38,369 bases of DNA from Octopus sinensis. Its lineage: Eukaryota. The notes under the pieces were generated by a model, which was not told the DNA's origin, did no database searches, and was given only the letters and a program-made list of their open reading frames with translations. A program made the translations under genes and the position numbers. Position 1 is the first letter of the stretch. Each line of letters starts with the position of its first letter. The DNA is taken from assembly GCF_006345805.1 (NCBI RefSeq), contig NW_021836569.1, positions 1 to 38,369 of the forward strand. The letters are read 5' to 3'. Below are positions 1-11,479 of the stretch, in pieces.

Positions 1-61
1 TTTTATATATTTTATTAGAATTCTTATGTATGAAGAAATAATCCTGCTTATTTAGCACTGA

Positions 62-190
62 GTTATACATACATACATACATAACTATATACATATACAT
101 ATACACATATCCACATATTTTAACATATAGTATACATATATATACATATGTGTATATATATTATATATATATTATATGTATATATGTGTA

Positions 191-225
<35 letters not shown>

Positions 226-253
226 GTATGTATATATACACATATATATATAC

Positions 254-305
<52 letters not shown>
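62..305. repeat. (CATA)/(TA)n microsatellite
   Basis: Direct di-/tetranucleotide repeats. The ORFs here (YIYI...) are repeat translations. Confidence 0.95.
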
Positions 306-1243
306 GTAAAACATGCGTTGATTTCTGTCTGGTGATTGTGTGTATATGAGTCAATGCATGGACAGGCGCAACTATGTATACGTACATGTGTTTGTGGTTC
401 CCTGTATGTGTCTATAAATATTCGCCAAACATTCCTACCTACAGTCAGAAGTTACAAAATATAAAACAATAACAAATACATACTCAAAATTTGAATATAT
501 ACACACAAACAACACCAACATACACTCATCCTCACAAATGTATATACAAATTGCACGAAAACGCAACTGAAACTCACACAAATATCACAGACAAACACTT
601 ATTCTACTTATATTGCAATCAACATGCACACATATTTTTATTACTAAGAATGTCTTCCCTCGAAATATACACGTCATAGCCGCATATAAACACACCCGTT
701 TACAAACACACACAGCCACACACAAACACTCCCACGCCACACACACACACATACCTATAAGCATACGTAGGCAGGTAGATAAACTCATATAAACACGAAC
801 CCAATCGCACACACTAACATTTATACACACGAACAACCGGGCAGCCCCCATACACACATACACACCCTGAAACAGACGGTAAGACACGTACAGTCAGAGC
901 ACGTACTAAGAATGATCGAGGGGATTGCGATATATAAATATTAGTATTTGATTTAAATAACTTCGTGTAAGATCAATATAGGCGAACGAATATCGATCTT
1001 TGGTCCGTCTGTGTTTAGATATTTGTTTTGTAAACGATGTCTGTAGGATCTACACGTAGAACGATAACAAAAACTACAGACTCAGCATACAGGGCGAAAA
1101 ACATGGGGAATTCTTAATGGCATCTTGGTTGCTAGAAATATGAACGAAATGCGCTTTTAAAGTAAGAAGTAAGTTATCTTGTGTTAAGAAGCTGGAGGAT
1201 ATTTTTGATCAAAATAGACCATGTAGATCATGTTATTGACACA

Positions 1244-1293
<50 letters not shown>

Positions 1294-1385
1294 TATAATA
1301 ATATAATATAATAGTAACGTTGATGATAATAATAATAAATACATAAATAAATAAATAAATAATAAATAATAAATAATGATAAATT
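1244..1385. repeat. (TAA)n microsatellite, probably the 3' tail of the adjacent minus-strand LINE
   Basis: Direct TAA/TAAA repeats abutting the 3' end of the 1386-1795 element. Confidence 0.9.
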
Positions 1386-1795
1386 GATTAGAGATTGGCG
1401 GGGGATGATAGACATGTGGTCCTCCTGATGCTGGATGGCTTCTCGGGATAATCGAGGAACCGCACTCTTTGAAATTTCTCCGAAACCCCAAGAACAAGTG
1501 CCCTCTCCAAATCCTTCTCTCCGACTCAAAGGTCTACACTTAGAGAGGTAACATCCACTCTTGCCATTTTCGCAACTTTCACCCATCTTTCAATTTCCCT
1601 TCCAACTCTCAATTTCATTTTCAAGTAAAACTTGAAGAAGCCAATGAGATCTCTACTAAACAGGAATGCATCTGTCTCATACATTTCCAGCCTTGTCCAC
1701 TAGATTACCTCTTTCGTCCACTAGACAAACCCTACAAAAGATGGCGTCTCGATAAAAATACTTGATATTGTCACACCTTATCAACTCTTTCTTCT
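1386..1795 (-). mobile_element. 5'-truncated, degenerate L1/Tx1-like LINE: ORF2 C-terminus plus 3' UTR
   Basis: Minus strand translates ...KEVI*WTRLEMYETDAFLFSRDLIGFFKFYLKMKLRVGREIERWVKVAKMARVDVTSLSVDL*. This resembles Tx1-type ORF2 ends (KEVVWWTRL...FFK..LK.K.RVER...RW). It is followed by a UTR and a (TTA)n tail. Confidence 0.6.
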
Positions 1796-1804
1796 GTATG
1801 AGTG

Positions 1805-2220
1805 TAATGAATACTAGAATTAACACAAACAGCAGCGTAAATGAGGACGGAACTACAAGGGATGGACTTTCGCCCGGTGGGTGCCCTGTGAGGGGACAGC
1901 ACAGGCCTGGTCCTCATTATACGACCGGTAGAACTAAATGGAATAAGACGATGAATATAGCTGTCATAGAATGTTATTTCATAGCAGACCCAAGAGCAGA
2001 GCAAGCCCCCCAAACCGCTCTACTGGGGACAGAAGTTTAAGATTGGTACTTGGATGATGAATATCTCCCACGGTAATTAACAGCAAAGTATCAAATCCTA
2101 TAATGTTCGGAAGGAGACCCTTTGAGACCTCTGACAGCAGGTTGCTGTCTGCTTTCCCAGAATATACCAGACCAAACAATACCGAATGTTCTGAGAAGTA
2201 AAACAATAATAAGAATAATA
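1805..2220 (+). mobile_element. Putative internally deleted R4/Dong-like element (N-terminal piece fused to C-terminal piece, 3' UTR, TAA tail)
   Basis: ORF 1762-2040 contains TGRTKWNKTMNIAVIECYFIADP (like the R4/Dong N-terminal W...N..VMECY...P motif) joined to QTALLGT (like the C-terminal QKTALLGT). The segment ends in AATAATAAGAATAATA. Confidence 0.5.
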
Positions 2221-3016
2221 GGACTATAAGTTCTTGGGAATTTTGGAAATGGATAAACTGATAGAGAAAGAAATGACAGAAAAATTTAAGCTGGAGTACT
2301 TGCGCAGATTGAGACTGATCCTTAAGTCGAAATTAAATGGAAGGAATAAAATCGAAGCTATCAAAACCTGGGCGGTTTCACTCCTTAGATATGGAGCAGG
2401 GGTACTCGCATGGACAGTAGACGAACTAGACAGCTTAGACAGAAAGACAAGGAAGTTGCTAACTAGATGTGGATCACTCCACCCAAAAAGTGACATAGAC
2501 GGACTGTATGTACCAAGAAAACGAGGAGAAAGAGGACTTATTGGATGCGAACACAGCAGTAGAGCAGAAAGAAACAGCATAGCATGCTATGTAAAAATGT
2601 CACAGAACCGCTATTATTAGAAGAAGGTCAGGCTTGTGTAGGCTGAAAGATTGCAAAGATAAAGCACTGTACAAGAAATTAAAAACGAATGAAACTGAAA
2701 ATAGGTGGGTAAAGAAAAGAACGCATGGTCAATTTCAAAGGGATGCTGAAGATAAGACAGACAGAGAAAAAAGATGGCTGTGGATGACTAAAAGTGATTT
2801 AAAACTGGAAACGGAAGCTCTAAACTGTGCTGCCCCAAAAGCAAGCACTAAGAACAAACTACATAAAATACAGAATAGACAACATAGCTGAAAGTGATAA
2901 GTGCAGAATCTGTGGATAAAGCAGTGAAACCGTATGGCATATTACCTGCCAATGTACGCGTCTAACTCAGAAGGAATATAAGAGACGCTACGACAATATA
3001 GCCAGGCTTGTACATT
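2221..3016 (+). mobile_element. R4/Dong-like RLE non-LTR retrotransposon fragment (end of RT to CCHC knuckle), frameshifted
   Basis: YKFLGILE...EYLRRLRLILKSKLNGRNKIEAIKTWAVSLLRY...LDRKTRKLL...HPKSDIDGLYVPRKRGERGLIG; WLWMTKSDLKLETEAL; CRICG*SSETVWHITCQC...[14 protein letters not shown]. Contains stops and frameshifts. Confidence 0.9.
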
Positions 3017-3018
3017 AG

Positions 3019-3021
3019 ATA

Positions 3022-3116
<95 letters not shown>

Positions 3117-3118
3117 AG

Positions 3119-3193
<75 letters not shown>

Positions 3194-3232
3194 ATACCTA
3201 TCTATATTTCTATCTGTCTGTCTATCTATCTA
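3019..3232. repeat. (TATC)n/(TGTC)n microsatellite
   Basis: Direct tetranucleotide repeats. Confidence 0.95.
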
Positions 3233-3311
3233 TTACACACACACACATACATATATTTATACACATACATACATAAATATATATATATACATTTACATAT
3301 ATACATACATG

Positions 3312-3510
3312 GTGTTTGTCTACTCCTTATGCAGAGTCTGACCGCCTCTTGTACCCACAACTTAGATCCCTCATGGCATCTGATGTGGCTTTTTAAACCA
3401 GACAATGTTCTGAAAAGACACCTACACAGATTGCACATCCGATTTGGACCACCAAGAACTGCAGATACGTTCGATTTTGTAGATCTTAAAATATGTTTTG
3501 AGGCCTACGT
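3312..3510 (-). mobile_element. RTE-like LINE 3' end (C-terminal C2H2-like motif plus short 3' UTR)
   Basis: Minus-strand [22 protein letters not shown] matches the RTE/BovB-type terminal C..C.R.F....GL.SH.R.H pattern. It is followed by GAGGCGGTCAGACTC...ACC and a microsatellite. Confidence 0.65.
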
Positions 3511-3580
3511 TGGATTTAGAAGTTGTGTGTGTGTTTGTGTGTGTCTGTGTGTGTATGTATATGTGCGTGTAGAAATATAT

Positions 3581-3623
<43 letters not shown>

Positions 3624-3717
3624 TATATATATAGATTATATATATATAATAATATATATATATATATATAATATATATATATATGCATATATATATATAC
3701 ATACATATACATAATAT

Positions 3718-3876
3718 ATTGGCAGTGTGGTAAGAAGCTCACTTCCCAAACATATGGTTCCTGGTTCAGTCCCACTGCGAGACACCCTGGACAGCTGTCT
3801 TCTGCTATAGCTTCAGGCTAACCAAAGCCTTGTAAGTGAATTTGGATTAGTAGACAGAAACTGAAAGAATACCGTC

Positions 3877-3966
<90 letters not shown>

Positions 3967-4200
3967 TGTGTGTGTGTGTCTTTATGTCTGTGTTTTTCAC
4001 CGCCTCCGACTATCACCGGTTGACAACCGGAGTGGTGTTTACGTCCGTATAAACTTATTGGTTCGGCAAAAGAAAACGCTAGAATAAGTACTAAGTGTTA
4101 AAAGTTAAGTCCTGGGGTCGATTTGACTAAAACAGTTCAAGTCGGCGCTCCAGCATGGCCCCAAATCAGATGGCTAAAACAAAATAAACGAACAAAGAAT
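3718..4200 (+). mobile_element. tRNA-type SINE family A, near full length with central (TA)/(TG) tract
   Basis: Head GTGTGGTAAG...GGTTCAGTCCCACTGC (B-box-like), body CCAAAGCCTTG...GAAACTGAAAG, tail GACAACC...GGGGTCGAT...GCTCCAGCATGGCC. Homologous to the copies at 13050, 22443 and 36543. Confidence 0.9.
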
Positions 4201-4204
4201 ACAC

Positions 4205-4352
4205 GACAGGCTTCTTTCGGTTTCCGTTTGCCAACGTTATTCATATGGCATTGGTCGGCCCGGAGTTATAGCACCAGACACCTGCTCAGGGTGACACGCG
4301 GTGGAACTGAACCCAGAGCCATACGGTTTGCGCGGACCAAACGTCTTACCAC
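4205..4352 (-). mobile_element. SINE family A 5' half (diverged)
   Basis: Reverse complement gives GTGGTAAG...GGTTCAGTTCCACCGCGTGTCACCCTGAGCAGGTGTC...GGGCCGACCAATGCC. Confidence 0.8.
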
Positions 4353-4577
4353 GCCGGCAGGTATATAATATCTATAGGAATACAGAAAAGTTGAGCGAGT
4401 TGCACTTCCATAGGTATGTAAACAACGATGAAACGTCTGTTTTGTGGGTAACATCACAGAGACATACAGATTGATTTCTATATTATATAGCTATATTTAC
4501 ACACACACACACGCACACACACACACACATACCTCTACCTATCTATCTATATAAATATATATACATACCGGCATGCG

Positions 4578-4617
<40 letters not shown>

Positions 4618-5279
4618 CTTGTATATATCTTTATCCATTTTTACAGTGTTATATGCTCACATGGAATGTCGCAGAAATTCATTTTTATCATGCCATAGAC
4701 ACACACACAAGCATACACACACATGCACACACACACACCACACACACACACACACACAGGTGTACATTGCTCTGTCTCTCTCTCTCTCTCTCCCTCTTTT
4801 TCTTTCTCTTTTTAATGACAATAAAACACAACCGATGTTTACCTTGTCTATTTCGCTTCTTTCAGAGTATATTTAATGCTTCTCTGTCGCTTAAACCACA
4901 GCACGTGGGATTAATAGCTTTACCTATTAAGATATACACATGTTTATATATGTATATATATATATATGTATGTGTGTGGTGTGTATAAATGTAGGTAGGT
5001 ATGTAGGCAGCTATTGGAGTTCAAAGCATGTGGAAATTGTGGCTGTCGCATACGAAAATATTAGCCAAGTTTACAAATATATTTTGTATTCTAAGCAAAG
5101 CTTTATATATATATATATCTTTTTTATCATAAACGTTTATAGCTTTTGTCTGGGTAGGAAATATCTGCGCTACCTTTGCATGACGTCACGTCTCCGTATA
5201 TACGCAGAGTGATAGACAGATGGATGGATAAGTAAACATATATATATATAGAGAGAGAGAGAGAAAGAGAGTGAGTGAG

Positions 5280-5798
<519 letters not shown>

Positions 5799-5814
5799 CA
5801 TAATATCGAGCTGT

Positions 5815-5997
5815 TAGATTCTACACACTTTTGTCTCTTCCCGTTTTTTCGTTCTCACTTCATCTTTTTCCTTCCAAATCCTTTCTCTTGATTAGCGTAG
5901 GCGCAAAACGGCAGAATTTTTTCCAATCTTCCTGAGCCTCAAACTAATATGCATGCTTGTTGTTCCTTCACCTGTCTTTGTGTTTTGTTTCCTATAG
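5815..5997 (+). mobile_element. Short interspersed repeat family D (degenerate copy), homologous to 23885-24070
   Basis: Shares CCTTTCT..GA..AGCGTAGGC.C.AAACG, ACTAATA, CACCTGTC and a terminal CCTATA with the reverse complement of 23885-24070. Confidence 0.7.
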
Positions 5998-6124
5998 GAA
6001 TCTGGAAGGCCAGAATTCTTCAGGTGTCTAGAAATTTTCCCTGGAACGTCACGCAGTTTAGTACTAGTAGGGTACTGGAATGGGATTTTGGACGTGCGAA
6101 AGACGTGTACAGCTAATATACAGA

Positions 6125-7470
6125 AGATGATTGCAAAAACCTCGAAAACCTACTCAGAGACTTCCAATTGTGTGATAGGTATCGACTAGCTTTCCCTGAT
6201 TTGCTTGTATTCTCCTCCTGTCTCCCAAAACATATTAAAATAAATATACCGTTCAACTTAACGAGAAGAATATGCACGATGGCATCAAATCCCGAAACCC
6301 GAGAAAAGCGACTCCAAGAGCTTAAAAACACATTACTAGATAGAAAATACTCGGCCAGTCTAGTCAAAAACGGAAACTAAAGTGCAAAAATTATAGACAT
6401 CCAACAGTTACAGAAAACAAGAAAACATTATGACACTTAAAACTTTATCCTACGTATCAATACAAAATCCGAGGAACATGAAAGCATACAACATCATCCA
6501 CCAAAGCATATTCTTCTTTTGAAGGACCTGCGAATGAAAAAGGAACTGGAAACACAGAGGAGTATTAAAAGCAAGAGACAACCGCAATCCTTAAAAAAAG
6601 TTAATCACCAGCGCCAAATGACCCTCTAAAAATACTATTCTGCTTATTAAGAAGTGCAACCGCCCCAAATGCGGAACTTGCATCTTCCTGTTAGAGTGCT
6701 CAACATTCAAATTTAAATTAGGTCAAACATTTACCTTAAAAAAATCACTTTACCTGCGTTTCGAAGAACTTAATCCATGTTTTCAAATGTGGAGGGTGTG
6801 TGGAGACTACATAGGTCAAACTAGTTTAACCTTGGGGGACAGACTAACAGTGCATAGGCAACATGTCCGAGACCCACGACCAGGAAAATTCCCGTAAGCA
6901 AACACCTAGATCAATGTCCCGTAAACATAAACCCTAAATACCAAATCTACCGGAAACACTTTAACCCAATTCCGTTTAAATAGTGAAGGCATTCTCATTA
7001 AAAAATAAAAACCACAGTTGAATATCCTTTAGAAAGAAGAAAAAATCACTGAACAGAAAAAGGAAAAAGACTCAATTTCTGCACAAAAACTACCAGACAC
7101 CAGAAACAATTCCTAAAAACTCTAGTAACAGTCTTCCACCCGGGTTTCGAAACCGCAACCCCAAATCACTATACAATAACACCATACAAACACCAGCTGC
7201 CGGCGTCACCTAGCTCTAGACCAATGAGATTTTACAAACACCAGTTGTTGACGTCACCTAGCTCTAGACGAATGAAATCTTATCTCCGATCAAAACCAAA
7301 CTTCACCAAATACAACAAAATGACCCCTTAATAGAATCAAGCAACTGGAACGGCTGATGACCGTTCCTCACAGAGAAGCCGACCAGGCAGAACGACAAAC
7401 TTGACCACCAGAAAAACAAAACGTCATTCGTACTTTAACGAATCAAAATTACGATACGTTCGCGGAAAAA
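6125..7470 (+). mobile_element. Penelope-like retroelement remnant: RT thumb, Zn linker, GIY-YIG endonuclease and 3'/pLTR region
   Basis: FSSCLPKHIKINIPFNLTRRICT...RLQELKNTLLDRKY (PLE thumb); CNRPKCGTC; C.SKNLIHVFKCGGC...YIGQTSLTLGDRLTVHRQH (GIY-YIG). Multiple stops and frameshifts. Confidence 0.88.
7185..7280 (+). repeat. 48-bp tandem duplication in the Penelope 3' region, carrying CCAAT and TGACGTCA motifs
   Basis: TACAAACACCAGCTGCCGGCGTCACCTAGCTCTAGACCAATGAGATTT at 7185 is repeated with substitutions at 7233. Confidence 0.85.
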
Positions 7471-7573
7471 ATTATAAATGCACCGGATTCAAAAAACCAC
7501 ATGAAAAACGAAGTGAATGTTACATGTACCTCTCTGTCTCTTTCTCTTTCTCTCTCCCCCCTCTATCGCTCTT

Positions 7574-7604
<31 letters not shown>

Positions 7605-7670
7605 ATATATATATATATAGAAAGAAAGAAAAGTACATGTAATATTCACTTTGATTTACATGTTTTCACC

Positions 7671-8290
7671 TTTATCGCTTTCAAAATATTCTCCATGTCA
7701 AACAATGCATAGACCCAGACGCGTTTTCCACTGTTCGAAGCAGAGCTGGAATTCTTGCGCCGTATTTCTCTTCACCTCCCTCACATCTGCAAATTCCGTA
7801 GCGCCAGCTTTCGCCACCAGTGATGACCTTCGAAAAAACTTCCAACTGCTCTCTCAGTTCACGACACGCATTCAGTCGAGGTTGCTTTTGCTTTTCCATG
7901 AGCAAGCATGACACAAATTTTGCAGCAACTCTTTTCATTTGCAATTCCTCGCTCAAAATTCATTGGCAGGAGCCCCCGGACACTCCAACCATATCAACAA
8001 GTTCGTCCATTGTTCGGTGACAGTCCTCCAAGATCAGTTCCTGAATTTTTATGATGGTTTCATTCATTGAGGATGCTGACAGTCGTCCTGAACAAGATTT
8101 GTCCTCAAGCAGAAAGTAACCATTCCTAAAGAATGGAAACCACACGTAAACCTGCATTTTGCACATGGCAGCGTCCTTGTAAGCTGTTTGAAGCATGATA
8201 ACTGTTTCGGCTGTTGTTTTCCTCGGCAGGAAACGCTGTTCATTTGTTTCAGCCATCGCAATGAGCCTCGACTAGGTACCATAACCCCTT
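7671..8290 (-). mobile_element. Mariner (Tc1/mariner) transposase remnant with an internal deletion of most of the catalytic domain
   Basis: KTTAETVIMLQTAY...QVYVWF..FRNG...LEDK..SGR...EL...MKRVAAKFV..LL...QKQPRLNAC...VITGGESWRYG is joined near 7795 to FADVREVKRN...FQLCFEQWKTR...CI...GEYFESDK. TIRs not confidently seen. Confidence 0.88.
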
Positions 8291-8519
8291 ACACATATAT
8301 ATAATTCATTCATTTAGCTTTGCTCTCTGAATAACAAAATGAATATTTTCCATACAAAATCCGTCAGGTTTTTCCCAATCACATTCTTTGTTCGAACACA
8401 CTAAAAACTATCGATCTTGTTCATTGATTGATACGCTTATTTAAACGATTATATCTAGTTTTATCGAGTGTTATTGATCCGTGTTTTTGTAAACTTTATC
8501 TTTTTGAACTGCATACATG

Positions 8520-8610
8520 GATGCAGGCTTGGCTGTGTGGTAAGAAGTTTGCTTCCCGACAGAATGGTTCAGGGTTCAATCCCACTACATAGCATCACGA
8601 GCAGGTGTCT
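8520..8610 (+). mobile_element. SINE family A head
   Basis: GGCTGTGTGGTAAGAAGTTTGCTTCCC...GGGTTCAATCCCACT...GTGTCTTTTACTATA. Confidence 0.85.
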
Positions 8611-8659
8611 TTTACTATATACGTGTATATACGTGTGTATGTATATATGTATATATACG

Positions 8660-8817
8660 ACAAGCTCCTATCAGTTTTCGTCCTCCAAATCCACTCACAA
8701 GGCAGTGGTCGGCCTGAAGCTATAGCTGAAGACGCCGAAGGTGCCACACAGTGTCACAGAACCCGGAACCATGTCGTTGGTAATCGAGCTACATACCACA
8801 CAGCCAATCCTGCGCCT
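8660..8817 (-). mobile_element. SINE family A 5' half, opposed to the 8520 copy
   Basis: Ends in CCACACAGCCAATCCTGCGCC, the reverse complement of the family A head. Confidence 0.85.
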
Positions 8818-9079
8818 GGATATATATATATATATGTCTTGCAAACAACTTGCACATGCAAGTGCTACCAGTTAAAAGCTCCGTATACCGGAAGCTAGCA
8901 AGTGTATGGGGTCATCAGGAGAGAATGCGCGCCGTTTCGAGGCCTACCTCTCGATGGCATCAATGCGCACCAGCCCCCCTCACTGATATGAGACCCCACT
9001 TGCTAGATAAGCTGGTTATGAAGAACTCAATATACTTCTAGCCATCGTTCATCGTCTATATTATGTATGAATCTGTCTG

Positions 9080-9123
<44 letters not shown>

Positions 9124-9143
9124 ATACATACATACATGCATAC

Positions 9144-9186
<43 letters not shown>

Positions 9187-9432
9187 GGTATGTATATATA
9201 TATATGTGCGTGTATGTGCATATATATGTATGTATGTGTGTGTATATATGTATGTATTATACATGTGACTGTGAATATATTATATATATATATATATATA
9301 TAAAAATATATATATATATATATACACATAAATTCAGCAAAACAATTTAGATTCAACTGAATATGGTACTTAATTTAGATGCACCAGAATTTTTTAAGGT
9401 ATTACCCATAAAATTATGTGGGGTGATTATAA

Positions 9433-9717
9433 CCCAAAAATAAGCAACAAGAATGGATCCGGTAATTTAGTACAATTGTTTCATACTATCACAATTTATT
9501 AAATCTGCAAATATTACAGCGAATATAATATGTCAAGTAATCTTCAGCTAATTTCATATAGGTTTTCCAATAATGTAAAGCTCTCAAATCAATTAGTAAC
9601 ATATATATAATTAGTAACATTATATTTGCTGTAATATTTGCAGCTTTACTAAATTGTTATTTAGTATGAAACAATTGTACTAAATTACCGGATCCATTCT
9701 TGCTGCTTATTTTTTGG
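9433..9717. mobile_element. MITE/foldback-like element with ~95-bp terminal inverted repeats
   Basis: CCAAAAATAAGCAACAAGAATGGATCCGGTAATTTAGTACAATTGTTTCATACTA...AATATAAT (9434-9530) is the reverse complement of 9619-9717 with few mismatches. The spacer is ~90 bp and non-coding. Confidence 0.8.
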
Positions 9718-10080
9718 TATATATATACATAAAAGAAGAATGAATGTAAAAATGCATTACGCAGGATATATCGTAAACAATTCTAAATTATTTACGAATA
9801 TATCAGTAGCCAGAACATGCAATGAAACAAAAACTCACATGCGTCGAAATACCAGTCAAAACCGCTATTATAATCACTCATTATATCTCTTCAATTACAA
9901 AAGCGGTTTTGACTCCTATTTCTATGGATTTAATTATTCTTATAACCTTGTCCGTTATAATTGTGATTTATTCACAGTTATATACTCTTCTCTCATGAAG
10001 ATATTTTTTGAATTGTGTAGATAGACGTTAACACATTATTCTTGCCTGTTGGGTCATACGTTAAGCCCCAAGGTATGTAT

Positions 10081-10217
10081 AATCCACTCACAAGGCTTTA
10101 GTCGGCCCGAGGCTATAGCAGAAGACACTTAACCAAGGTGCCACGCCTTGGGACTGAACCCGACACCATGTGGTTGGTAAGCAAAAGGCTACTACCCACA
10201 CAGTCACTCCTACGCCT
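10081..10217 (-). mobile_element. SINE family A 5' half
   Basis: AATCCACTCACAAGGCTTTAGTCGGCCCGAGGCTATAG...GGGACTGAACCCG...CACACAGTCACTCCTACGCC. Confidence 0.9.
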
Positions 10218-10726
10218 ATATAATATATATATTATATATATATATATATATATATGTAAAATGGCTGATAGAAAACGGTTGACCGTTAGTAGGAGAGACA
10301 CAGAAATAAAAAGAAGAAAGCAAAGAACCACGAAAGAACTCTGGCCGAAATAAGATTAAGATTAATGTAAAAGATAGATAAAGCTGAAGCAAATTAACAT
10401 CAAATATATAGTGCGTGTGATTTTATTGGCTAAACTGGTAACATAACCATTCCTAAATACAACATCTGTTTCAACACACGATTTCACATCAAGAATCTTG
10501 CAAAACAAATATATAAACGTATATATATATATATAAGTAGTTGAATGAATTATCTTAGTATGGATAATTCGGTTAACCGATACCTGGGTAGCAAATTCAC
10601 GTCAGAAAAACACGGTTGAAGCTACATGCCAAGGGCAGAGATCACGTGTTTTCGTGTGGAAATTTGTGTGTTTTTTTTAATACAAATAAATGAAAGAATG
10701 GAGTTGAACGACGATTTAACAAAATT

Positions 10727-10821
10727 CCTTTATTGTCAACATATGTTTCGAAGGCTGCATATTCCTAATTTCGAAGGAATAAGGGGTGCATTATGCCGCC
10801 TTCTCATCAGGAAAAACAAGG
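10727..10821 (-). ncRNA. Type I hammerhead ribozyme motif (core intact, stem I degenerate)
   Basis: Minus strand reads CTGATGA (10810-10804), GAAGGC...GCCTTC stem II, GAAA (10749-10746), palindromic ACATATGT stem III, GUU cleavage triplet. Stem I is only partly paired. Confidence 0.7.
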
Positions 10822-10956
10822 AACTTATGTCAGCATCAAGATGAACAAAACTCTTAGATGACTGCCCACACGGAGCCATAGCGATAATGAGTGTTTCTTT
10901 AAAATATTCCGTTATAAGCAGTGACGTCAAAAATGTTGAATGTAGAAGATCTTTCT

Positions 10957-11029
<73 letters not shown>

Positions 11030-11034
<5 letters not shown>

Positions 11035-11150
11035 CTGTCTGTTTCTGTTTTGTGTCTGTGTTTATCCCCGTACTCTAGCGATTCGGGAAACGGGACCGAA
11101 AGAATAGGTTCGCGGATTAAAAAAAAGATATTTCGGTTCTGTCGTTCAAG
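11030..11150 (+). mobile_element. Diverged SINE family A 3' part
   Basis: TGTGTCTGTGTTTATCCCCGTACTCTAGCGATTCGGGAAACGGGACCGAAAGAATAGG resembles the family A tail. Confidence 0.55.
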
Positions 11151-11479
11151 TAAAAGAAAAATTCTTCAATGCAATGCCCCAGAGTAACTACGCTTTAATC
11201 ACTCCTACAAAAAATAAGTGAAACAAAAAAGTATATATTCACTGTACGCTTTTCAAATAGAGTTTAGATCGAACCCGGAAAAGTTTAGTGGATTTAAATG
11301 TTATGAATTGCGGTTTGTCTCTAAAGTAAAGCAGATAAAAAGGTTACTGCAATTTCAAAGGTTAACAAAAAGTGTTGTGTTTATTGTTTGTTTTGTATTT
11401 AAGCGTTCATTCACAACTTCCTCTTTGGTTAATGGGTTCGTTGTGGATATATTTGAAGGTTAAAGCTCTGGAAGGAACC

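Noticed and set aside
2234-2891. Treating the R4 or Penelope ORF pieces as active or domesticated genes
   Set aside because: Multiple stops and frameshifts, and missing RT or endonuclease domains.
5181-5188. Isolated perfect CRE (TGACGTCA)
   Set aside because: A single 8-mer with no supporting promoter context can occur by chance in 38 kb.
8921-8990. Hammerhead-like GAGG-TAGG-CCTC-GAAAC on the minus strand
   Set aside because: The upstream core (CCATCGA or TTGATGC) and the cleavage triplet (GGC) both depart from consensus. Too degenerate to call.
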